Shown here piece after piece: positions 51,787-60,034 of a DNA stretch of 64,000 nt (positions within the stretch are counted from its first letter, which is position 1; each line of letters starts with the position of its first letter). This DNA is from a bacterium (GTDB taxonomy: Bacteria; Patescibacteriota; Patescibacteriia; Patescibacteriales; XYC2-FULL-47-12). The DNA is taken from positions 1,301 to 65,300 of the forward strand of contig JAUYLZ010000022.1 in NCBI GenBank assembly GCA_030698385.1, written 5' to 3'. The translations under genes and the position numbers were made by a program. The notes beneath the pieces were generated by a model, which searched no databases, was not told the DNA's origin, and was given only the letters and a program-made list of their open reading frames with translations.

Positions 51787-52686
51787 TTACTGTTTGAAGT
51801 AAAAACTATTTACTATTCCAGCTAATGCAATGATATAATCTTCGTTTTCATAACCTTTTCCTGCTGCCGTATAAGAGATTACTAGCGGTTGTTCTTGGCC
51901 GTTGTCCACAAAATAATCATGTCTCGTAGACTGTGGCGAAACCCAAGGTGTTTGATATCTGCTTTCTACAGCTAACCGTCCTCCTACAGAAACTGCAAAC
52001 CGACCAAATCCTATTTCATACAGAAAACTTTCATACGGAAAATTATCATTGCGAACGCGCCGACCATATTTTTGCTCTAAGTCTCTCTGAGAAAAATCGG
52101 CTTCATCGTCATAGTTGTGACTGCGCCCAAAAGACACATACAAATCAGCCCCTTCTGTGGATCGGCTCTCCCTGGCATAATCTTTCCGAGATTTTACTAC
52201 AACCAGCTGATTGATTAGATCGCGGTCTATGACTATCCAACCTGAGGGATACTTAAAACCAAATCCGTATTGTTCGCTCTGATAACTGTTCCAGTTGGTG
52301 GTGTCGGCTAAATACCCAGCCTCATTTAAAGCTATTTCCTGTTGTTCTGCTGCCCACTCTAATTCTTCTATACTCGGCTCTATGATATAATCGGGGTCGT
52401 CAAAATCTACGTCAAAATGAATAATGTCATCTTCCATAAGCGTAATTTCGTCTGAAATCATTATTAGATTGCTAACCACTTTTCTATGGTAGTAGTAGAA
52501 TCCGACTCCCGCTGCTATTAAAACCACCATTATCAACACTAATACTTTTTCCAAGACACTCAATACAGCCATTTTCTTTACTATTGATCTCACTCGAGTA
52601 TATACATCAGCCATCCAACTAGACTGCGTACGTTCGGTATCACTGTCTAGTGTAAAACGATTGTCATTGTCCTGTTGGATATCCAT
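51787..52686 (-). CDS. Orphan membrane-anchored protein (299 aa)
   Basis: Cytoplasmic N-terminus, one TM helix (VLVLIMVVLIAAGVGFYYY) and an ectodomain. Confidence 0.45.
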   Translation of the reverse strand: MDIQQDNDNRFTLDSDTERTQSSWMADVYTRVRSIVKKMAVLSVLEKVLVLIMVVLIAAGVGFYYYHRKVVSNLIMISDEITLMEDDIIHFDVDFDDPDYIIEPSIEELEWAAEQQEIALNEAGYLADTTNWNSYQSEQYGFGFKYPSGWIVIDRDLINQLVVVKSRKDYARESRSTEGADLYVSFGRSHNYDDEADFSQRDLEQKYGRRVRNDNFPYESFLYEIGFGRFAVSVGGRLAVESRYQTPWVSPQSTRHDYFVDNGQEQPLVISYTAAGKGYENEDYIIALAGIVNSFYFKQ

Positions 52687-52713
52687 ATAGATAGAAGATA
52701 AAACTAAATAATG

Positions 52714-54591
52714 TTAGGTGGTAATAATGGATTTGACCTTTTCCACAATCCCCGCCGCGTCAATCCCCTCATACTTGAGCAACTCCTCCGGCTTACCACT
52801 GCGCGGCAGTTTTGTTACCGCCAGCGAATAGGTGGGACGCGTAATAACACCGGAACCGCAGACCGCTTCGTACAAACCGCCTTCGGGGTGATTGTCTTCC
52901 ACAACGATTAACGCTTGCGTTTCCTGACAGGCTTTTTGTAGCGCTTTGGTGTCTAACGGTTTGACGCTGTACAAATCAATTACGCGAATGTGAATACCCT
53001 GTTTTTGCAGTTCATAAAAAGCTTTAATCGCCTCGTGCAAAGCGATGCCGGCGGCAATAACGGTCGCGACATCTTTTTTACTTTGAAAAATTGTCTTACT
53101 GCCGCCGATTTTAAAACTCTCGCCGTTGCTGTAAATCACCGGCGTCTTCGCGCGCGTAGTTTGTAAATAAACCAAACCGTCATGCTTGGCCGCCGCCAAA
53201 ACTAACTTCTGTGTAGCAACGGCATCAGACGGATACAGCACAACGCTATTGTGAACTGAGCGAAACAAGGCGATTTCTTCCAGCCCCATCTGCGAGGCGC
53301 CGTCTTCGCCAATAGACACGCCGGCATGCGAACCGATAAATTTAATATTTGCGCCAGAATACTGACACATACGAATTTGATCAGCCGCGCGCGTGAAAAA
53401 GGCGGCGAAGGTTGAAACAAAAGGAATTTTTCCCCGCCGCGCCAAACCCAGCGCCGCGCCAACCATGTTCTGCTCGGTAATGAACATTTCAAAAAACTGC
53501 CGCGGCGTTTTTTCTTTTACCGTTTCGGCAAAAGTGGAGTTACTTACCTCGGCATCCAGTACTACTACCTGCTTATTCGCCTTTGCCAGTGCGGCAATCA
53601 CATCGCCATAGGCCTGACGTGTCGCAACCTGTTCATCTTTACGGTAAATTTTAGATTTAGGATTTATGATTTTAGATTTGTTTGGAGTTTGTCCCGCCAC
53701 GGCGGGATTGGAGCTTGGAGCTTTTAACTGACCTCGCGCTTCATGATCAACTTCCCCCAACTCTTTAATTGCCTTATTCAAATCATCCTCCGCCAGCGCT
53801 TTTCCATGCCAGCCGTCTTTATTTTCTAAAAATGACACACCCTTGCCTTTCAATGTTTTTGCAATGATCATCACCGGTTTACCCGTCGTAGAGACACGAT
53901 ATATCGCGTCTCTACCCTTCAACGCCTTGTCGTAAACACGGGCCACCTGCTGCACATTGTGTCCGTCAACCACCACCGCCTCCCAGCCAAATGCCTTTGC
54001 CTTGTCTGCAAAATCTTTCACATCATGCCCCGGCATAGTTTCGCCGCGCTGGCCGAGCCTGTTCACATCAATAATGCCGATTAAATTATTTAATTTATAA
54101 TAAGCCGCCACCTGCATCGCCTCCCAGTTTGATCCTTCGGCCATTTCGCTGTCGCCGAGCAGTACGAAGGTTTTGTAAGCCAAACCATCATAACGCGCGT
54201 TGAGCGCCATGCCCACGCCAACGGACAGCCCTTGTCCGAGCGAGCCGGTCGCGACTTCAGTGTACGGCAGGCGACGTGTCGGGTGCCCCTCAAGGCGGGA
54301 GGTAAACTTACGAAATGTGGTCAACTCTTTATTGGTAATGCTTGAACCCGCAACCGCCGCCCACAGTGAGTAGAATAATGGCGAGGCATGCCCTTTGGAA
54401 AAAATCAGCCGGTCGTTATTCTGATTTTCAGGATTTTTAATATCATATTTAAAATAACCATTAAAAAACAACACCGCCATCAGCTCCACGGCTGACAGAC
54501 TGGACGTTGGATGTCCGGAACCGGCCGCCGTGGATGAGGTTAAAATCCAGTAACGCATGAGTTTAGCGATTTTATTTATATCATTTGGCAT
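52714..54591 (-). CDS. tkt: Transketolase (N- and C-terminal halves of the split type joined by an atypical linker)
   Basis: GHPTSSLS, GSLGQGLSVGVG and GDSEMAEGSNWEA (TPP binding), then the linker, then ATRQAYG...FITEQNMVGAA...SHAGVSIGEDGASQMG. Confidence 0.92.
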   Translation of the reverse strand: MPNDINKIAKLMRYWILTSSTAAGSGHPTSSLSAVELMAVLFFNGYFKYDIKNPENQNNDRLIFSKGHASPLFYSLWAAVAGSSITNKELTTFRKFTSRLEGHPTRRLPYTEVATGSLGQGLSVGVGMALNARYDGLAYKTFVLLGDSEMAEGSNWEAMQVAAYYKLNNLIGIIDVNRLGQRGETMPGHDVKDFADKAKAFGWEAVVVDGHNVQQVARVYDKALKGRDAIYRVSTTGKPVMIIAKTLKGKGVSFLENKDGWHGKALAEDDLNKAIKELGEVDHEARGQLKAPSSNPAVAGQTPNKSKIINPKSKIYRKDEQVATRQAYGDVIAALAKANKQVVVLDAEVSNSTFAETVKEKTPRQFFEMFITEQNMVGAALGLARRGKIPFVSTFAAFFTRAADQIRMCQYSGANIKFIGSHAGVSIGEDGASQMGLEEIALFRSVHNSVVLYPSDAVATQKLVLAAAKHDGLVYLQTTRAKTPVIYSNGESFKIGGSKTIFQSKKDVATVIAAGIALHEAIKAFYELQKQGIHIRVIDLYSVKPLDTKALQKACQETQALIVVEDNHPEGGLYEAVCGSGVITRPTYSLAVTKLPRSGKPEELLKYEGIDAAGIVEKVKSIITT

Positions 54592-54603
54592 AATTTTTTG
54601 AAA

Positions 54604-55431
54604 TTATTTTAATCTCTTTTTATTTTCAGGCATCTGTAAAAAATTATCTTTTGTTGAAACTTTTTTTCCGCTTTTTTTCTCAAGGTCCTTTCTGGCCTTG
54701 CCGGCTACGCTTCCGCCTGCTTGCGCGGCCAGTTTATTTTTATCAAAACCCATGGTGTCTTTATTTTTAGCAATCTCAATAGTTGAGGCCTCGCCAAGCA
54801 TGGTAAAAATCAATTCCAGGTCGTTCATATGATCCCTCAAATTTTCTCTGTTTAAATTCTTGAACTTTTGATATTGACTGGGAGTCATGCCGAAAGTCGC
54901 TTGGGAAATTTCCGCAGTCAAAATCGCGTACTCTCGCTTTTCTTTGACGCCGCGTTTTTGCCATTCGTCCGTCAAGGTTTCGCGAACTTCTATCCCGCGC
55001 ATTCGTTTCTCAATCCAGGCGTCAGAATATCCTTTGGCTTTATAAAGCGTCCTTGTTCTTTTTGTCGCTATTTCTGGATCTTCAATTTCTTGTATTCGTT
55101 CATAACCGACTTTAGCCAGCCAGCGCTTGAATGGCTCGGCTTTTGAGGAGGGAATTGACTGAATAATACGAAAAATTCCTTCCGTATTAGCACAATTCAG
55201 TTTTTGAGGACCTCCTGCGGTATCAATGGTAAGGGTGGTGGCAATTTGCCCCCATCCTTGGGATAGCTCCTGGTCGCGCCTACGCATATCTTTTATATAT
55301 CCTTTTGGTTGCACAGAATTAGTTAATGCAGCTACGACATCTTCAATCACAAACCACCATTCGTTTTTATGTATGGTTTTACGAATTTCTTTTTTCCTGA
55401 AAATAGCTATTTTAGTTGATGCGATTTCCAT
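54604..55431 (-). CDS. Bro-N domain protein (phage antirepressor-like N-terminus)
   Basis: KEIRKTIHKNEWWFVIEDVVAALT and EGIFRIIQSIPSSKAEPFKRWLAKV follow the Bro-N pattern. The C-terminal half is helical and charged. Confidence 0.65.
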   Translation of the reverse strand: MEIASTKIAIFRKKEIRKTIHKNEWWFVIEDVVAALTNSVQPKGYIKDMRRRDQELSQGWGQIATTLTIDTAGGPQKLNCANTEGIFRIIQSIPSSKAEPFKRWLAKVGYERIQEIEDPEIATKRTRTLYKAKGYSDAWIEKRMRGIEVRETLTDEWQKRGVKEKREYAILTAEISQATFGMTPSQYQKFKNLNRENLRDHMNDLELIFTMLGEASTIEIAKNKDTMGFDKNKLAAQAGGSVAGKARKDLEKKSGKKVSTKDNFLQMPENKKRLK

Positions 55432-55476
55432 GTTCTTACTTTTTTATTTGTTATTATTATTTTAACTTCTGCTTTC

Positions 55477-56367
55477 TTACTTCTTCGTCACCGCGTGTCC
55501 CCCAAACTCCCGCCGGGTCGCAGCAATCACCCGCTTGCCCAAGGCAAATTTTTTGGAGGTATCTTGACGAGTTTTCACTGCTACTTCAAACGCCGGCGCG
55601 TAGCCGTTGATTGACTGCACCGTATCCTGCAATTCTGCAATGGTAACGCTGCCGATTTGAGTGGAAATATCTTTAAAATCCTTACGCGTAAGACCCGTAA
55701 CCATCCAGTCAAGCAAAGCGCTGCTCACAATACTCGCCGGCTGCCAGGTCTTGGCCGCCTTGAGCAGGTCAATTTTTTGTTCAAAGCCGTTGAGCAACTC
55801 CATACCTTCAGCGAGCCCTTGCATGTATACGTACTCAATGATGTTATGCACGCTTTTGACAAAGTGTCCGGCGCCGCTGGCGCCAAAATAGCCGTAACCG
55901 TTTTTGGGCGCGAGCGCCTTGCAGAATGGCTCAATGTGTTTGAACTGCGCTTTTGGTCCGCCAATCATCAGCGCGTAGCCGCGTGTGAGTCCCCAGATAC
56001 CGCCGGAAACACCGGCGTCAAACAAATGCACGCCGTATTTGGCACAACGCTGGCTCTGGGTTTGCGCGTTTTTGTAAAAAGCGTTCGCGCCGTTGATAAT
56101 GATGTCGCCTTTTTTTAAAAGAGGCAGAAGCGCGTCAATCGTTTCATCAGTCACTTGACCGGCGGGCAGCATCAGCCAGATAATTTTTTTACGCGGCAAC
56201 GCCGCTACCAACGCCTCCAGCGTATCAGCGGTTTTTCCCTTGGCTTTGGTTATCTCCCGATAGACCTCTTTACTGCGGTTGAAGCCAACAACATCATGCC
56301 CGTTCCGGAGCAGACGGACAGCCATGTTTTTACCCATACGGCCGAGGCCGAGAATACCGATAGTCAT
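55477..56367 (-). CDS. gnd: 6-phosphogluconate dehydrogenase (decarboxylating), short form
   Basis: IGILGLGRMGKNMAVRL Rossmann motif, GVSGG and GAGHFVKSVHNIIEY. Confidence 0.85.
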   Translation of the reverse strand: MTIGILGLGRMGKNMAVRLLRNGHDVVGFNRSKEVYREITKAKGKTADTLEALVAALPRKKIIWLMLPAGQVTDETIDALLPLLKKGDIIINGANAFYKNAQTQSQRCAKYGVHLFDAGVSGGIWGLTRGYALMIGGPKAQFKHIEPFCKALAPKNGYGYFGASGAGHFVKSVHNIIEYVYMQGLAEGMELLNGFEQKIDLLKAAKTWQPASIVSSALLDWMVTGLTRKDFKDISTQIGSVTIAELQDTVQSINGYAPAFEVAVKTRQDTSKKFALGKRVIAATRREFGGHAVTKK

Positions 56368-56373
56368 AATTCA

Positions 56374-57885
56374 TTAGTTATTTATTTTGAGTAACAAATT
56401 TTTCGGCCCCTTGCCGCCCTTTTGGTAAGTTTGCAGCGGCACTTGTTTCCAATGTTTCAGCACAGCCGTAATGTATCTCCACGATGCCGCCAGTTCGCGC
56501 GAACTGGCAAAGTTGGTCTGTTCGCCGCGCATAGCGCGAAATAAAAGTGTTTCGTAGGCATCGGGAATACGCTCCCGCCTAGAACCGGCGAGGCTGGCGG
56601 CGGCGTCACTGAACTCGTGGTAATCAAAGCGCAGCTCTTTACTCACCATCTCGTTTTTAAAACCCGGCCGCTTGGCCCAAAAGTGTACGGCGATACCTTC
56701 TTGGGGCTGAATGCGAAACACCAGTAGGTTGCGCGGATGCTCGTGCGGGCCCGCAGGACAATTAAAACATCCTTTTGTCTGCTTAAAGTATACTTTTATT
56801 TTTACCTTGGAGCGATGCAACGCCTTACCGGCGGTAATATAGAACGGCACACCGCGCCAGCGCCGGCTCTTGAGCTGTGTTTTAATCTGTACGAAGGTTT
56901 CCGTCTGCGACGCTGTTTTGCCCGACGGCAATGGTGCCGGAGCGTTTTTCACGTCATCGGCGTAGCCGCGATACTGCGCCCGCACAACGGTATCAAGCAG
57001 TGTACCCGCGGCCGGCAGCGCCAGACTGCGCATCACGCGCTCCCGCTCGCGGCGAATGGCGGCAGACCCCATGCCCTGAGGCTGTTCCATGGCGACGAGC
57101 GCAAGCATCTGCAGCGCGTGACTTTGCACCACGTCGCGCAACTCGCCCACTCCGTCAAAAAAATTGATGCGATGCGCCACGCTCTCGGCCTCAAAGAGTT
57201 CAATTTCCACACGCTCTACGTAACGCGCGTTCCAAACCGGCTCAAAGATGCTGTTGGAAAAACGAAATGTTAAAATATTCTGAATAGTTTCTTTGGCTAA
57301 GTAGTGATCAATGCGGAAAATTTGACTCTCATCAAAGAGCGCCCCCAGCTGCGCGTCCATATTGCGCGCGGTAGCGCTATCACGGCCGAATGGCTTTTCA
57401 ACCAGCAGACGCGTCCAGCCCTCGCCCTCACCAACACAGGCGATACTTAAACCCGAGTGAGAGAGGTTCTTAAAAATAACCGGGTAGTACTCCGGCGGCA
57501 CGGCGAGGTGTAAAAGCTTGTTGGAACAAATATTTTGACCAAACTTTTTATCCAGCTCCACTAACCGCCGCTTAAGCGTCTGGTAATCGGCGAGTGTATC
57601 AAAATTGCCGCGAGCGTAGGTAAGTTTACGTAAAAACGCCGTGAGCTCGCGCGCGGTGTGGTGGTGCCGATCGTGTTTAAGCACGGTTGTGGCAAACTCG
57701 CGAAACTGCTCGTCACTCCATTCACGCCGCGCAAATCCCACGATGTGAAACTTACTCGGCAGCACGCCGCGCCGGTGCAGATCAAAGAGCGCGGGCAAGA
57801 GCTTTTTTTGAGCCAAATCGCCGGTCACGCCAAAAATGACGATGGTGGTGGGGGTGGTAATCGTAAAATTTTTTTTAGTTGGCAT
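56374..57885 (-). CDS. zwf: Glucose-6-phosphate 1-dehydrogenase
   Basis: IFGVTGDLAQKKLLPAL, RIDHYLAKE and EKPFG motifs. Confidence 0.95.
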   Translation of the reverse strand: MPTKKNFTITTPTTIVIFGVTGDLAQKKLLPALFDLHRRGVLPSKFHIVGFARREWSDEQFREFATTVLKHDRHHHTARELTAFLRKLTYARGNFDTLADYQTLKRRLVELDKKFGQNICSNKLLHLAVPPEYYPVIFKNLSHSGLSIACVGEGEGWTRLLVEKPFGRDSATARNMDAQLGALFDESQIFRIDHYLAKETIQNILTFRFSNSIFEPVWNARYVERVEIELFEAESVAHRINFFDGVGELRDVVQSHALQMLALVAMEQPQGMGSAAIRRERERVMRSLALPAAGTLLDTVVRAQYRGYADDVKNAPAPLPSGKTASQTETFVQIKTQLKSRRWRGVPFYITAGKALHRSKVKIKVYFKQTKGCFNCPAGPHEHPRNLLVFRIQPQEGIAVHFWAKRPGFKNEMVSKELRFDYHEFSDAAASLAGSRRERIPDAYETLLFRAMRGEQTNFASSRELAASWRYITAVLKHWKQVPLQTYQKGGKGPKNLLLKINN

Positions 57886-58023
57886 GTAATTTTATTTATA
57901 ATACTAATTTTCTATTATCAATCCCGAGCGCTCGGGACAATTTTCATATAATTTTTAAGTTTAAAATTTTCAATGAAAATTACCTGACTGAAAATTAATT
58001 GAAAAATGAAAAATGGAAATTGA
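57886..58023. repeat. rpe-zwf spacer carrying the AATTTTCA-type element and the palindrome TCCCGAGCGCTCGGGA (57922..57937)
   Basis: cctgactgaaaattaattgaaaaatgaaaaatggaaattgatcatttt parallels 36675..36710. The palindrome parallels 37598..37619. Confidence 0.75.
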
Positions 58024-58662
58024 TCATTTTAATTTGGTTAAATTCACTAACTCTTTATACTTAGTAATAACATCGTTAGCGCCAAAAAGCGCGCTTCCTA
58101 CGACCAAATCACTCGCGCCCGCTTTTACCAAAGTTTTAATATTTTTCTCGCTCACGCCGCCGTCAACGCCAATAGAACCGCTATATATTTTTTTCAGCTC
58201 GCTCACGCGTCCCACCGTTTCCGGAATAAAAACCTGTCCCTGCGCGCCCGGCGCAACCCCCATCAGCATAACGGCATCCAGACACTGGCAGGCATTCTTA
58301 ATTTCTGAGACAGACGATTCGGGATTAAGCGCCAGACCTTTTTTAAAACTAAATTGCCGCGCGAACGCAATCACCCCTTCAATGTCGCTGTCAGCTTCGT
58401 AATGCCAAAATACTCGATACGCTTTTAACTGCTGACACATTGCAAAATAAGAACGCGGATTTTCAACCATTAAGTGAATTTCCAAATTTACTGTGGTTTT
58501 TATTTGTTTTAACTCTTCCAGCCGTATCGTCATATTATCAACAAACTTCCCGTCGGCAATGTCAATTTGCGCCAACTCGGCAAAACCAGAAACTGCGTCC
58601 AGTTTTTTCTGAACTTCGGCAATATCTTTTTCCAAAATGGCGGGAATGACTCTTATTGTCAT
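58024..58662 (-). CDS. rpe: Ribulose-phosphate 3-epimerase
   Basis: IPAIL.., DIADGKFV, HLMV, VDGGV motifs, 212 aa. Confidence 0.9.
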   Translation of the reverse strand: MTIRVIPAILEKDIAEVQKKLDAVSGFAELAQIDIADGKFVDNMTIRLEELKQIKTTVNLEIHLMVENPRSYFAMCQQLKAYRVFWHYEADSDIEGVIAFARQFSFKKGLALNPESSVSEIKNACQCLDAVMLMGVAPGAQGQVFIPETVGRVSELKKIYSGSIGVDGGVSEKNIKTLVKAGASDLVVGSALFGANDVITKYKELVNLTKLK

Positions 58663-58690
58663 TACATTATCTTTAAATATTTATAAATTA

Positions 58691-59401
58691 TTATTCCTCC
58701 TTTTTCTCATTCTCACTTTCACCTAATAATATATTCACGCCATTCTTCTGAAATTGATCTAAATAAGCGATCTGAAAATCATCAGGCCTGACTAACTTTG
58801 ATTTAGAAACTTGTATGCTCTTGAATTTTGACCCTTCGCCAGCGCCAAGCTTTACCATGCCGCTGTCATCATCAACTTTCATAACCAAAAACAAAACACC
58901 AAAATTATTATCATCGGTAATTGGTATGACACTATCTCCTTTTTTAACATTCAATGAATAATTTTTTTCTCTAAAATACCTTATTATAGAAGCTCTTTCC
59001 TGTGTTTTCTCCAAGCCTGACAATACATCTTTAATTTCTGATATATGTTTAGTAAGTATTTGACCGGGCTTACCCTCTAATTCAAGCGTGCCGTCGTCAT
59101 TAACACTCCGAACTAGATAAAGGATGCGATCAACAATGACGCCATCTCCCACTTTTACTTTCTCATTTGCTTCCTTTTTTCCTTCTGGCCGTTGGTAAGT
59201 ATCAAATTTTTGCAGTTCAGATATATGCTTTGTTACTTCCTCACCCGGCTTACCCTCCAACCTGGCCACACCATCTTCATTTATTTCAAGTACTTTGTAA
59301 AAAATTCTGTCTTCAGCGATAACGCCGTCTCCGGCCTTGATGTCTTTTTCTTTTTTGTTCTCATTGTTATTTAAAGGTTGTGGAAAATTTTCTATACCCA
59401 T
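58691..59401 (-). CDS. Hypothetical protein made of three tandem ~70-aa K(x)GD(G/S)VI beta-barrel-like repeats
   Basis: KAGDGVIAEDRIFYKVLEINEDGVARLEGKPGEEVTKHISE / KVGDGVIVDRILYLVRSVNDDGTLELEGKPGQILTKHISE / KKGDSVIPI..LFLVMKVDDDSGMVKLGAGEGSKFKSIQV. Confidence 0.5.
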   Translation of the reverse strand: MGIENFPQPLNNNENKKEKDIKAGDGVIAEDRIFYKVLEINEDGVARLEGKPGEEVTKHISELQKFDTYQRPEGKKEANEKVKVGDGVIVDRILYLVRSVNDDGTLELEGKPGQILTKHISEIKDVLSGLEKTQERASIIRYFREKNYSLNVKKGDSVIPITDDNNFGVLFLVMKVDDDSGMVKLGAGEGSKFKSIQVSKSKLVRPDDFQIAYLDQFQKNGVNILLGESENEKKEE

Positions 59402-59451
59402 ATATTTTATTTAAGTAAGTTAAATTTTATAAATACTTTTTACTTAAAATT

Positions 59452-59901
59452 TCACGCTTCTAGTTTCATTATCTTTTTAATCCTTCTTTTGTGTCTGGCT
59501 AAATTGCTAAATTCCGTGGTTAAAAAAGTCATAACGATTTTCTCCGCTTCTTTTTTGTTGATATGTCCTTGCCCCAGGCATAAAATATTGGCATTATCAT
59601 CAACTACGGCCTCGCGGGCAATTTTTAGATTATTAGTTAAAGCCGCTCTAACGCCTTTTACTTTATTCGCCGCGATACTCATGCCAATGCCGTTATTACA
59701 GATTAAAATGCCGCGCGCGTCTTTAACTTTGCCAACCGCTTGAGCAACGCGCTTCGCGTAGTCAGGGTAGTCGTCTTTTTTTTCAAACTTAATATTACCC
59801 TGGTCGCTGACGACGTAACCCTGTTTGCTTAAAAAATTCTTTAAATGCTCTTTGAGTTTAAAACCGGCGTGATCGGCGCCAATGTAAACGATTGATTTCA
59901 T
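59452..59901 (-). CDS. rpiB: Ribose-5-phosphate isomerase B
   Basis: IVYIGADHAGFKLKEHL and CNNGIGMSIAANK. The start was chosen at MKSIVY; the ORF is open to 59931. Confidence 0.9.
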   Translation of the reverse strand: MKSIVYIGADHAGFKLKEHLKNFLSKQGYVVSDQGNIKFEKKDDYPDYAKRVAQAVGKVKDARGILICNNGIGMSIAANKVKGVRAALTNNLKIAREAVVDDNANILCLGQGHINKKEAEKIVMTFLTTEFSNLARHKRRIKKIMKLEA

Positions 59902-60034
59902 AAATCGTAAGTTCCAAATAGCAAGCTCCAATCAGCCAGCTGGCGGACAAACAAATCTCAAATTATAATTATTAAATTTCAAAATTTTTTATTTTGAATT
60001 TAAAATTTGTTTGAAGCTTGTTATTTGTCATTTG

